Below are positions 38,933-47,304 of a stretch of DNA of 64,000 nucleotides, one piece after another. The first letter of the stretch is position 1; every line of letters begins with the position of its first letter. The stretch is from Minisyncoccia bacterium. GTDB lineage: Bacteria; Patescibacteriota; Minisyncoccia; Phycocordibacterales; UBA9973. Position numbers and translations under genes: made by a program. The stretch lies in the NCBI GenBank assembly GCA_038251535.1, contig JBBSBF010000002.1:2220-66219 (forward strand), read 5' to 3'. A model generated the notes under the pieces. The model was not told the DNA's origin. It saw only the letters and a list, made by a program, of their open reading frames with translations, and searched no databases.

Positions 38933-39139
38933 ATGAGTATAGAAAAATATCATATTCCAGATGATAAAGCATCAAAAATGGTCTTGTGCGGATTGGGTGG
39001 AATGTTTACAGGACTAATGTGGTTTGTTTTCCCTCTTACTCGATACCCGCAGTATACATTTATCGGAGTTATCATTTTTGTAAGTTCACTTGTTTTATTT
39101 TATTTTGGAAATAAAAGAGACATGGAATCAAGAGAATAA
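38933..39139 (+). CDS. small hypothetical membrane protein
   Basis: 68 aa with two predicted TM helices. Confidence 0.3.
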   Translation: MSIEKYHIPDDKASKMVLCGLGGMFTGLMWFVFPLTRYPQYTFIGVIIFVSSLVLFYFGNKRDMESRE

Positions 39140-39173
39140 AATCTATCATTTATTAGTGGTAGATTTTTTAATT

Positions 39174-39325
39174 TGCGCTCTTATCCCATGCTACGTTCTG
39201 CATCTTCGAGAGCTATGCATGCCTCTTATCCCGTGCGGCTATGCGCAGGGATCTCACGCGCCCCGGAGTTCAGGCGCGTTCTTATCCCACACTACGTTCT
39301 GGATCTTCGAGGGCTACGCCCTCTC
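39174..39325. repeat. tandem direct repeats of about 46-54 nt (3 units sharing a cttatccc head) at the 3' end of efp
   Basis: Units 1 and 3 match at about 34 of 39 positions (cttatcccatgctacgttctgcatcttcgagagctatgc vs cttatcccacactacgttctggatcttcgagggctacgc). The middle unit contains a cgcgcc...ggcgcg hairpin. Confidence 0.6.
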
Positions 39326-39895
39326 GACATACTCACCAGTATCCGTATTGATGCGTATTTTTTCTCCAATTTCAATAAAGAGGGGAACGTTGACAGTAGC
39401 GCCAGTCTCGAGAGTCGCAACTTTGTTTCCACCGGTGACCGTAGAGCCTTTGACTGATGGGGGAGCATCTTTGACCACGAGGTCGACTTTGACGGGGATT
39501 TTCATACCGATGACGGTCTCTTTGTCATCATCGTCGGTATACACCGTCAGTTCTACTTCGTCGTTTTCTTTGATGTATTTGATCTTATCTCCAACGATAC
39601 CTTCTTTGAGGGAAAAACGTTTACTTTTTTCCTGGGGATCAGTAAACCATACTTCATCTTTTGCCCTGTACAAGTAGGTCACCGTTTTAGTTGAAATATC
39701 AGCTTCTTCGGCCTTTTCGGATCCACCAAACGATATTTCGGCAATACGGCCAGTGAGGAGGTTTTTGAGCTTGGTAGCATTCACTGGCTTTCGCTGTTGT
39801 TTACGAAATACATGACTTGCCATGACTTCGTGTGGGGCACCGTCCCAAACGATGATTTTGTGTTCTTTGATTTCGTTGTATTCAAGCATGGACAT
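39314..39895 (-). CDS. efp: elongation factor P
   Basis: EF-P signature (KPVNATKLKNLLTGRIAEISFGG, KGSTVTGGNK...GATVNVPLFIEIGEKIRINTDTGEYVERA). Confidence 0.9.
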   Translation of the reverse strand: MSMLEYNEIKEHKIIVWDGAPHEVMASHVFRKQQRKPVNATKLKNLLTGRIAEISFGGSEKAEEADISTKTVTYLYRAKDEVWFTDPQEKSKRFSLKEGIVGDKIKYIKENDEVELTVYTDDDDKETVIGMKIPVKVDLVVKDAPPSVKGSTVTGGNKVATLETGATVNVPLFIEIGEKIRINTDTGEYVERA

Positions 39896-39977
39896 AGGGA
39901 TTTTTTATATACTTCAAAAACAAAAGTATATTCCTCAAAATACGCGCATAAAAGTCTGGTGACTTTTTGCTATGCTC

Positions 39978-40177
39978 GGACCAGTCGTCCTGCGCAATGT
40001 ATTTTTCGGAACACACTTTTGTTTTTGTCATTCAGTGGTAACGGATCGATTGTAGCGGAAAGGGGATTGAAAGTCCATTTCTTTCTGGAGCGAGAAACCT
40101 CTCTTTTACTGTCTTTCGCAAGACGACTGGTCTGAGAATGAGCGATTTTTCAGCAGAAAAATACGCGACGGTAAAAG
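39978..40177. repeat. structured repeat element B: a reverse-complement copy (about 90% identical) of the element A core plus an inverted partner core
   Basis: 40104-40177 matches the reverse complement of 9651-9718. The forward core cggaccagtcgtcctgcgcaa at 39978-39998 can pair with it across about 110 nt. Confidence 0.6.
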
Positions 40178-40195
40178 AAAGGTTTTGAGTGGAAG

Positions 40196-41278
40196 TTATT
40201 CTCCCGAACTCTCCATCACCACATCTTTCATTCTTTTGCGGACATCTTTGGTGATCGCATCACGGACCTTTGGGTTATCACGCATAAATACTCGAGATGC
40301 ATCATAGCCACGGCCGAGTTTCACTTCTGATTCTGCGGAATCATGTCGCGTACCGTCCTTTGAAACGCGACCTTCTGGTTTGTATGAATAAGATGTTCCA
40401 CTTTTTTCAATCACGCCGAGCTTTTCTCCGAGGGCAAGGAGCTCTCCTTCGAGCGAGATGCCTTCGCCGTATATGATATCAAACTCAGTTTGTTTGAACG
40501 GGGCAGCAACTTTGTTTTTCACTACTTTGACTCGAGTACGACTTCCGACGACTTCGTCACCCTTTTTGATCTGGGCGATGCGCCGGATATCGAGTCGGAC
40601 TGAAGTGTAAAACTTGAGCGCCTTTCCTCCTGGGGTGGTCTCAGGGTTTCCAAACATGATACCGATCTGCATTCGGATTTGGTTGATAAAGATGACGAGT
40701 GTCTTTGACTTGTGCACGATAGCAGTAAGTTTGCGGAGAGCTTGAGACATCAGACGTGCTTGTTTACCCATGTGTTGTTGACCCATATCTCCCTCGATCT
40801 CGTCTTTTGGGGTGAGGGCGGCGACTGAGTCGATGACGATGACGTCGATCTTGCCACTTCGCACTAAACTCTCGGTGATCTCGAGACCTTGTTCACCAGT
40901 GTCGGGCTGAGAAATGAGGAGTTCGTTGATTTTGACGCCGATATTTTTTGCGTATTCTGGATCCATCGCGTGCTCTGCGTCGATATACGCGCAGATACCG
41001 CCCAGCTTTTGTGCTTCGGCAACGACATGGAGTGCAAGGGTAGTCTTTCCACTAGATTCTGGACCAAAGACCTCAATGATGCGTCCCCGTGGCAACCCAC
41101 CGATACCGAGTGCGATGTCGAGCCCGATCGAACCAGTCGGGATCACGGAGATATCGACCTTGGGTGCGTCTCCAAGCTTCATGATTGCGCCTTCGCCAAA
41201 TTTAGTCTGGATAGATTTGATGGTTTCTTCGACCGAAGAATCCATAGTTTTTGCTTCTTTTGCTGCTTTTTTTGCCAT
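40196..41278 (-). CDS. recA: recombinase RecA
   Basis: Walker A (GPESSGKTT) and the canonical RecA core ([14 protein letters not shown]...). Confidence 0.95.
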   Translation of the reverse strand: MAKKAAKEAKTMDSSVEETIKSIQTKFGEGAIMKLGDAPKVDISVIPTGSIGLDIALGIGGLPRGRIIEVFGPESSGKTTLALHVVAEAQKLGGICAYIDAEHAMDPEYAKNIGVKINELLISQPDTGEQGLEITESLVRSGKIDVIVIDSVAALTPKDEIEGDMGQQHMGKQARLMSQALRKLTAIVHKSKTLVIFINQIRMQIGIMFGNPETTPGGKALKFYTSVRLDIRRIAQIKKGDEVVGSRTRVKVVKNKVAAPFKQTEFDIIYGEGISLEGELLALGEKLGVIEKSGTSYSYKPEGRVSKDGTRHDSAESEVKLGRGYDASRVFMRDNPKVRDAITKDVRKRMKDVVMESSGE

Positions 41279-41293
41279 AATGATTAAGTATTA

Positions 41294-41689
41294 TTAATAA
41301 GGAGTGGTTAGTGCAACGGCGTCAGGCGGGGAGACAACTATTTGATATGTCTTTATCTTTTGATTTCCAAATTGATCTTTTAATGCTATCTCTACTATAT
41401 TATATCCTTTTGAAAGTACGACTTCATCATTAAACGTTCCTTCTCGTGTCACGGCAATAGGTCGACCGTTTATCAGTATTTCACGAGCATGACGGGCAAA
41501 TCCTGATATTGGCAAAAATGGACTCTCAACAGTCGCACCGTCTGATGCAGTAGTTACGATCAATGGTGTGCCCAAAATCCTATCTCGCATATTGTTAACG
41601 ACGAGACCTAGTATGCCGAAAGCTACCACTATAAAAAGGGCTGCTTTTGGGGAGATACGGAGTTTTGCGGTGGAATGTTTGATATACAT
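41294..41689 (-). CDS. hypothetical membrane-anchored protein
   Basis: 131 aa with an N-terminal TM helix and a beta-rich extracellular part. Lies between recA and ftsK. Confidence 0.5.
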   Translation of the reverse strand: MYIKHSTAKLRISPKAALFIVVAFGILGLVVNNMRDRILGTPLIVTTASDGATVESPFLPISGFARHAREILINGRPIAVTREGTFNDEVVLSKGYNIVEIALKDQFGNQKIKTYQIVVSPPDAVALTTPY

Positions 41690-41692
41690 ATA

Positions 41693-43897
41693 TTATATAC
41701 CCATTTCGTCAGCTACTATATCTGAAACGGCTTGATTTGCGCCGCGCATACCACTTTCGAGGACTTCGCGAGGCTTTGCTCTATCACTCGCGCCGATCAC
41801 TCCACGTTCCTCGAGCATATCCATGAGTCGTGCTGCTCGAGCATAGCCAACCTTTAGTTTTCGTTGAATGTAGGAAGTTGATGCCTTGCCCGCTTCTATA
41901 ATGATACTGCGAGCTTCTTCGTAGAGGGCGTCGTCGTCTCCATTTTCCATACTATCGCTAAACATCGACTTTTCTCCGGTGACGGTACCACTGAGCTCTA
42001 TTGTTTCTCGGATATCATCTCGAAATGCGTTTTTGAGGTATTTGACGACGTTTTTTACTTCTTCCTCAGTAATAAATGCACTTTGTAGGCGCTCCGCTTG
42101 GCTGTCTCCAATAACTGCGAGCATATCTCCTTGACCGAGCAGTTTTTCTGCACCTCCTGCGTCAAGAATGGTGCGTGAGTCGATCTGGGTAGGAACGCGG
42201 AGCGCAATACGAGCAGGGACGTTTGCTTTGATCAACCCTGTAATAACGTTTACCTCTGGGCGTTGGGTGGAGAGGATCAGATGAATTCCGACTGCACGAG
42301 ACATCTGTGCGAGCCGTACAATTGCTGCCTCGAGTTCTCGGGGGAATGCCTGCATGATGTCTGCCAACTCATCAATCACGATGACGATATATGGCATACG
42401 ATCCGGTGCATCGTCTGAGTCGTCGGCAGGTTTTGCAAAAGTAGCAGCGTATTTTTTGTGATAGGAAGTAATGTCTCGTACTGATTCTGATTCGAGTATG
42501 TCGTATCGTCGATTCATTTCTGTTGCGGCCCATTTGAGTGCGAGGATCGCTTTTTTTGATTCGGTAATAACGGGGGTCAATAGGTGGGGGATGCCGTTAT
42601 AGAGCGTGAGTTCGACGCGCTTTGGGTCGACAAAGATAAATCGCATATCATCAGGTCCATATCGATACAAGAGAGACGTGATGATGGCGTGGATGGTGAC
42701 CGACTTTCCTGACCCAGTAGTTCCAGCGATGAGTAGGTGCGGCATTGCTGCGATGCTTCGGAGGACTGATTTTCCAGAAATATTTCGACCTAAAGCTACG
42801 GTCAATGGTTTTGCAGGATTGTTGAATGTAGGGTCTGCGAGGAGCGTTGCAAGACCAACCGTTGCTTTTGTCTTGTTTGGGATTTCGATACCAACCAAAC
42901 TTTTGCCAGGGATTGGTGCTTCGATGCGGATAGGGTGAGCGGCGAGTGAAAGTGCGAGGTCGTTTTGGAGACCGACAATTCGAGAGAGCTTTACTCCTTG
43001 TGCTGGTTTGAGGGCATATCGGGTAACTGATGGACCGATAGTAACTTCATCCATCTCAACTTCGATACCAAAGTTTGAGAGTGTCCGTCTGATAATATTT
43101 GCATTTGCTTTCACGTCTCCAACATTTGCCTTGCCACGGTCGCCTTCGAGGAGTGACAACGGAGGAGGTACATATGCTCCAGTACTGGACTTCACCCGTT
43201 TTGGATTGATGGAAAAATCTGGATCGTTACTTGGTTCTGTTATCTTGAGCTCTGTAGCTTTTGATTCCGCCGGAGAGGGTGCTGGATGATTCAGTTCGCT
43301 CGCAGGGATCACATACTCACCATCTTCTTCAACTTCCTCTAGACTAGCTAGTGCAGGTTCTTGACGAGTCAGGAGGGACTTGATTTTTGTCCATATTTTT
43401 TCAAAAAATGGGAATAGGTTTGGTGTACGGTCGAAGAATAACGTAAATGAACAAAGCACAATAAAGAGTAAGATTATTGTCGCAAAAAGTTGGTCAAAAC
43501 TCGCGATAAGTGGCGCTGCAAGCAACCTACCGACAATACCTCCCAAGGCAAGATCTTTTATAGAAAGCAGTGTCAGTACTGCAGCAATTCCGACGATACT
43601 TGTTACAATCTCTCGAACACTCGCTTCTATATGTTTGTTTCGGATCAGCAGTATCCCTGTAGTACCAAGTGCAAGGGGGATAATACTAGCGCCTGCACCA
43701 AACAGCCAGTACGCCAGTTGTGCGAGGATAAACCCACCGATTCCTGCGGCACCTCCCATGCCACCCAATGCGATAAGTGCAAAAAGCAACAACACTAAGC
43801 CGCCAACTACATGCTTCGTTCGGTCGTTCTTTTGCTTCTGTTTTTTCTGAGAATGCTTCTTTTTTGCCATAGATACGTGCTCGTATGAGTATATCAC
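41693..43897 (-). CDS. ftsK: DNA translocase FtsK/SpoIIIE
   Basis: N-terminal TMs, Walker A (AGTTGSGKS), Walker B (VIVIDELADIM) and a C-terminal winged helix gamma domain. Confidence 0.9.
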   Translation of the reverse strand: MIYSYEHVSMAKKKHSQKKQKQKNDRTKHVVGGLVLLLFALIALGGMGGAAGIGGFILAQLAYWLFGAGASIIPLALGTTGILLIRNKHIEASVREIVTSIVGIAAVLTLLSIKDLALGGIVGRLLAAPLIASFDQLFATIILLFIVLCSFTLFFDRTPNLFPFFEKIWTKIKSLLTRQEPALASLEEVEEDGEYVIPASELNHPAPSPAESKATELKITEPSNDPDFSINPKRVKSSTGAYVPPPLSLLEGDRGKANVGDVKANANIIRRTLSNFGIEVEMDEVTIGPSVTRYALKPAQGVKLSRIVGLQNDLALSLAAHPIRIEAPIPGKSLVGIEIPNKTKATVGLATLLADPTFNNPAKPLTVALGRNISGKSVLRSIAAMPHLLIAGTTGSGKSVTIHAIITSLLYRYGPDDMRFIFVDPKRVELTLYNGIPHLLTPVITESKKAILALKWAATEMNRRYDILESESVRDITSYHKKYAATFAKPADDSDDAPDRMPYIVIVIDELADIMQAFPRELEAAIVRLAQMSRAVGIHLILSTQRPEVNVITGLIKANVPARIALRVPTQIDSRTILDAGGAEKLLGQGDMLAVIGDSQAERLQSAFITEEEVKNVVKYLKNAFRDDIRETIELSGTVTGEKSMFSDSMENGDDDALYEEARSIIIEAGKASTSYIQRKLKVGYARAARLMDMLEERGVIGASDRAKPREVLESGMRGANQAVSDIVADEMGI

Positions 43898-44058
43898 CCC
43901 TTTTGCCGTAAAACTATTATAGTATAAGGATAATTACGACACGATCATTACTTGTGTGGGGGAGAAATGTCCTTTATAATGAAATGATTCAGGACGCATA
44001 TCGGTCAATTTTCTTAAAGGACATCTTTATAAACCTTTGTTTATAAGTAGAAAAAATA

Positions 44059-44631
44059 ATGGACAAAAATAAAGGACAAAAAATAATAGCTGCGATCTAT
44101 CTCGTCACGAGACATTTATCAGACAGTGATCCAATAAAGTTGTCGCTTCGGCAACATGGACTGTCGTTACTACTTCCTGAGAGCGACACGGAAAGACTCG
44201 CCCAACACATGGTAGTACTACTCAAAGCTGCAGCTCTTGCGGGACTCATGAGTGAAAAAAATGTTCTCATTATCACAGAACAAGTCCAGAGCTTTAGCAT
44301 TGCGGGAGGAAATATGGCAGGAGATATATTTGAGACAACGGGAGACGATGCGTTAACAAACAGCTATATAGGACAAAAAATGTCCTATATAAAAAGTGGT
44401 AAAGAGCCTGTCTATAATCAAAAACATAGTGATAATAAGTCTAAAAGGCAGGACCACATACTGACCTTTATTAAAAGACAAAAGTCTGTTGGTATAAAGG
44501 ACATTTCTCAACTCTTTTCTGAGGTGAGTGAAAAAACCATACAACGCGAACTAAGTGCATTGGTTAAAAACGGGATGATCACAAAGCGCGGAAGCAAACG
44601 GTGGAGCCTCTATATGGCAGTTGGTGCGTAA
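44059..44631 (+). CDS. putative transcriptional regulator with a C-terminal DeoR-like winged HTH
   Basis: The C-terminus (ILTFIKRQKSVGIKDISQLFSEVSEKTIQRELSALVKNGMI) matches DeoR-type HTH spacing. The N-terminal domain is unrecognised. A palindrome lies in its promoter region at 43940-44058. Confidence 0.45.
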   Translation: MDKNKGQKIIAAIYLVTRHLSDSDPIKLSLRQHGLSLLLPESDTERLAQHMVVLLKAAALAGLMSEKNVLIITEQVQSFSIAGGNMAGDIFETTGDDALTNSYIGQKMSYIKSGKEPVYNQKHSDNKSKRQDHILTFIKRQKSVGIKDISQLFSEVSEKTIQRELSALVKNGMITKRGSKRWSLYMAVGA

Positions 44632-44907
44632 CGCTACAAACAAGAAATTGTGTAATATAACGAGTCTTTAGTAGTCAACCTTTACAAGTGGCGTACATTT
44701 TTTGCTTGCGTTCGCATCTGTACATATAGATAGTCTATAGCTATCCACATATCTGGTTCAAAATGAACTATTGTGGTACTATAAAAGCTGTCTTTTGGTA
44801 CGATCTTTAGCTGGGTATAGGTTTCGGCTTATCTTCATCTAAAGGCGACAAAAGTCAAAAAATGGAGGTGCTCACTATTCTTCGGAGTATTGAGTATCGC
44901 CACGAAG

Positions 44908-44972
44908 CGGCTCGTTGAAAACTACATAGCCTTAAAAAGCAAGTATAGTATTTCGACGAGCCGTTTTTTTGT
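44908..44972 (+). terminator. terminator-like hairpin, 13-bp stem and a long loop
   Basis: cggctcgttgaaa pairs with tttcgacgagccg, followed by T7. Confidence 0.4.
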
Positions 44973-45163
44973 TTTTATTCACTTGATTTTCAAATGAATA
45001 AAAACGATATCGGCCTTGTCGACACGGCAGATACAGCAGCTCGTTACTGCTTTTCTGCGATTAGCTAAACCGTATGGTGCCTCGAGGTGATAAAGACCTT
45101 GGCTCACCGTACACCCGTCACACTCATATATAAGTGCGACGATTACTAACAATTAATCAAATT

Positions 45164-47215
45164 ATGAATAAAATTACAAAATTTATCGTAGGCGCATCTC
45201 TTGCTGCTTTTGCACTCGTTGCATCAGCATCAACAGCTAGTGCTGCTTACATGCACACTGGTCTCCTTAAACAAGGGATGACTAGTTCACAAGTGATGAG
45301 TCTTCAAACGACTTTGAACGCAAGTGGATTCTTGGTTTCTACTACCGGTGCTGGATCTCCAGGAATGGAATCTAGTTACTTTGGTTCAAAGACCAAGGCT
45401 GCTGTTATGGCATTCCAAACAGCAAAAGGTTTGACCGCTGACGGAATCGTCGGTGCTCAGACTGGAACTGCACTCGCTGCAATGACTGGCGGAAGTATGT
45501 CTTACCCAGCAGGTTGTTCATCAACTTCTGGATACAGCACTGTTAACGGTCAGCCTTGCACGATGACTGCTAATTACCCAGTTGGATGTATGTCAAATTC
45601 TGGATACAGCACTACTACAGGGCAACCTTGTACTGGGGCTAGTCTTCCAGCTGGATGTATGTCAACAGCAGGATTCTCTCCAATTTCTGGCGTTTCTTGT
45701 TCTACTGGAGGTTCGTCTAACGGCGCACTTTCTGGTTCAACTGGAAACATTAGTTCTTACAGTCTCCTTTCTTCAGTTGACAACCAAGTTGGCGAAGGAA
45801 ACACTGACAAGAAAGTTGTTGGCGTTGAAATCAAAGCAGATGCAGGTTCAGACCTCAACATCTCTGCGATGCGCGTAACTTTCAAGAACACTAACTCTCC
45901 AAGTTCATCAAAGCGATTTGATCGATACGCAAAGACAGTGTCAGTATGGGCAGGTAGTACAAAGGTTGGATCAGCAAGTATTTCTGATTTCTCAGAAGAC
46001 TCTGGTCTCTACACAAAGACTATCAACCTCTCAGGTGCAACTGTAAAGGCTGACCAAAAGAGCCAATTTTACGTAACTGTTGATGCAGTAAGTAACATTG
46101 ATTCAGGTGACTTTACAAACACATTCGTTGCAACGATCGACAATGCTCGTTTCAACGATGCGTCTGGAGCTATCTTGACTGAAACTTTCTCAAGTCCGAC
46201 AATTACAAAGACCTTTAGTTTCGTGTCACTTGCAACTGCAAATGACCTCGAACTCAAAGTCAATCTTGCGTCTGACAACATGAAAGCTACAACAGTTAAA
46301 GTTTCTACCACTTCAAACACTAACAACGTGCAACTCTTGAAGTTCACCGTTAAGGCACAAGGTGGAAAGATGCACATTGATCAAATCCCAGTGTATTTCG
46401 CTGCTAGTACCGCACTTAGTGAGGTTACTGGAAACGTAACATTGAAAATCAATGGCGACACCTTTACAGAAACGATTGCTTCAACAACAGCAACTGGTGC
46501 AACGATCACGTTTGACAACCTCAGCTTTGATATCAGTGCAGACGATACCGTTACTGGTACAGTCTACGCAGACATCAACGACATCGAAGTACCTTACTTC
46601 AACCAAGGTGACACGCTCAAAGCGTCTATCACTTCTAGTGAAGTAGCGGTCATCGATGCTGAGGACGCCAATGGCGACAACATCCAGTCTGGAGACCGTT
46701 CAGGTTCTGCAGTTGGTGAAGTTATGACATTCCGTTCAACTGGAGTTAACGCAGTGATGGGCGATGCGTCTATCACTCGTGACACCGACCAAAATGGTAA
46801 TATCGTTCAGGTTCACTACAGTATTCCTGTATCTGTAACTTCATTCGGTAATACTCTTTACCTCGGACAGTCAGCACAGCTTGCTGCTACTGCAACTGGA
46901 TCAAACGCTTTTGCTCTCGTTTACGAGGCTTCAAGCGCTGGTTCTACACCAGTAGTAGGTGGAACTTCTAGTATCACTCTTTCATCTTCTGATTCATCGA
47001 TTGATACAAACGGATTCCGTCTTGACGATGGTCAGACTAAGCACTTCACGATCACTGTAAACCTCATTGATCCTGCAACTGCTAGTACTTCATATCGTGT
47101 TCACCTCGATCAGATCCGAACATTCACTGACGCTCTCCTCACTGCAGGTGCAGCTAACAGTGACTTGCTCCCTATCGAGTCATACCGAACTAACTACCAA
47201 TTGATCAATAGCTAA
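45164..47215 (+). CDS. secreted Ser/Thr-rich surface protein with an N-terminal peptidoglycan-binding domain and three tandem 2-Cys repeats
   Basis: Signal peptide, a PG_binding_1-like motif (MSLQTTLNASGF...AAVMAFQTAKGLTADGIVGAQT), three repeats GC[SM]S.SG[YF]S...G.PC, then beta-rich Thr/Ser domains. The ORF tool starts it at 45134. Confidence 0.6.
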   Translation: MNKITKFIVGASLAAFALVASASTASAAYMHTGLLKQGMTSSQVMSLQTTLNASGFLVSTTGAGSPGMESSYFGSKTKAAVMAFQTAKGLTADGIVGAQTGTALAAMTGGSMSYPAGCSSTSGYSTVNGQPCTMTANYPVGCMSNSGYSTTTGQPCTGASLPAGCMSTAGFSPISGVSCSTGGSSNGALSGSTGNISSYSLLSSVDNQVGEGNTDKKVVGVEIKADAGSDLNISAMRVTFKNTNSPSSSKRFDRYAKTVSVWAGSTKVGSASISDFSEDSGLYTKTINLSGATVKADQKSQFYVTVDAVSNIDSGDFTNTFVATIDNARFNDASGAILTETFSSPTITKTFSFVSLATANDLELKVNLASDNMKATTVKVSTTSNTNNVQLLKFTVKAQGGKMHIDQIPVYFAASTALSEVTGNVTLKINGDTFTETIASTTATGATITFDNLSFDISADDTVTGTVYADINDIEVPYFNQGDTLKASITSSEVAVIDAEDANGDNIQSGDRSGSAVGEVMTFRSTGVNAVMGDASITRDTDQNGNIVQVHYSIPVSVTSFGNTLYLGQSAQLAATATGSNAFALVYEASSAGSTPVVGGTSSITLSSSDSSIDTNGFRLDDGQTKHFTITVNLIDPATASTSYRVHLDQIRTFTDALLTAGAANSDLLPIESYRTNYQLINS

Positions 47216-47251
47216 TCGCTATCTGTCAGTTAGGTATACGTTCCTAATGGC

Positions 47252-47286
47252 AAAAAACCTCCCTATATGGGAGGTTTTTTGTTTTT
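47252..47286 (+). terminator. rho-independent terminator
   Basis: aaaaaacctccctatatgggaggttttttg. Confidence 0.7.
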
Positions 47287-47304
47287 CAGCTATACTTTCC
47301 TTAT

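Noticed and set aside
39174-39325. Possible CRISPR array
   Set aside because: There are only three imperfect units, the sequences between heads are not unique spacers, no cas genes are present, and the unit structure is irregular.
39090-39677. 195-aa + strand ORF running through the efp antisense strand and the tandem repeats
   Set aside because: It lies entirely antisense to the well-supported efp gene and inside repeat DNA. Its composition is low-complexity (Ser/Leu/Thr-rich), and there is no start context.
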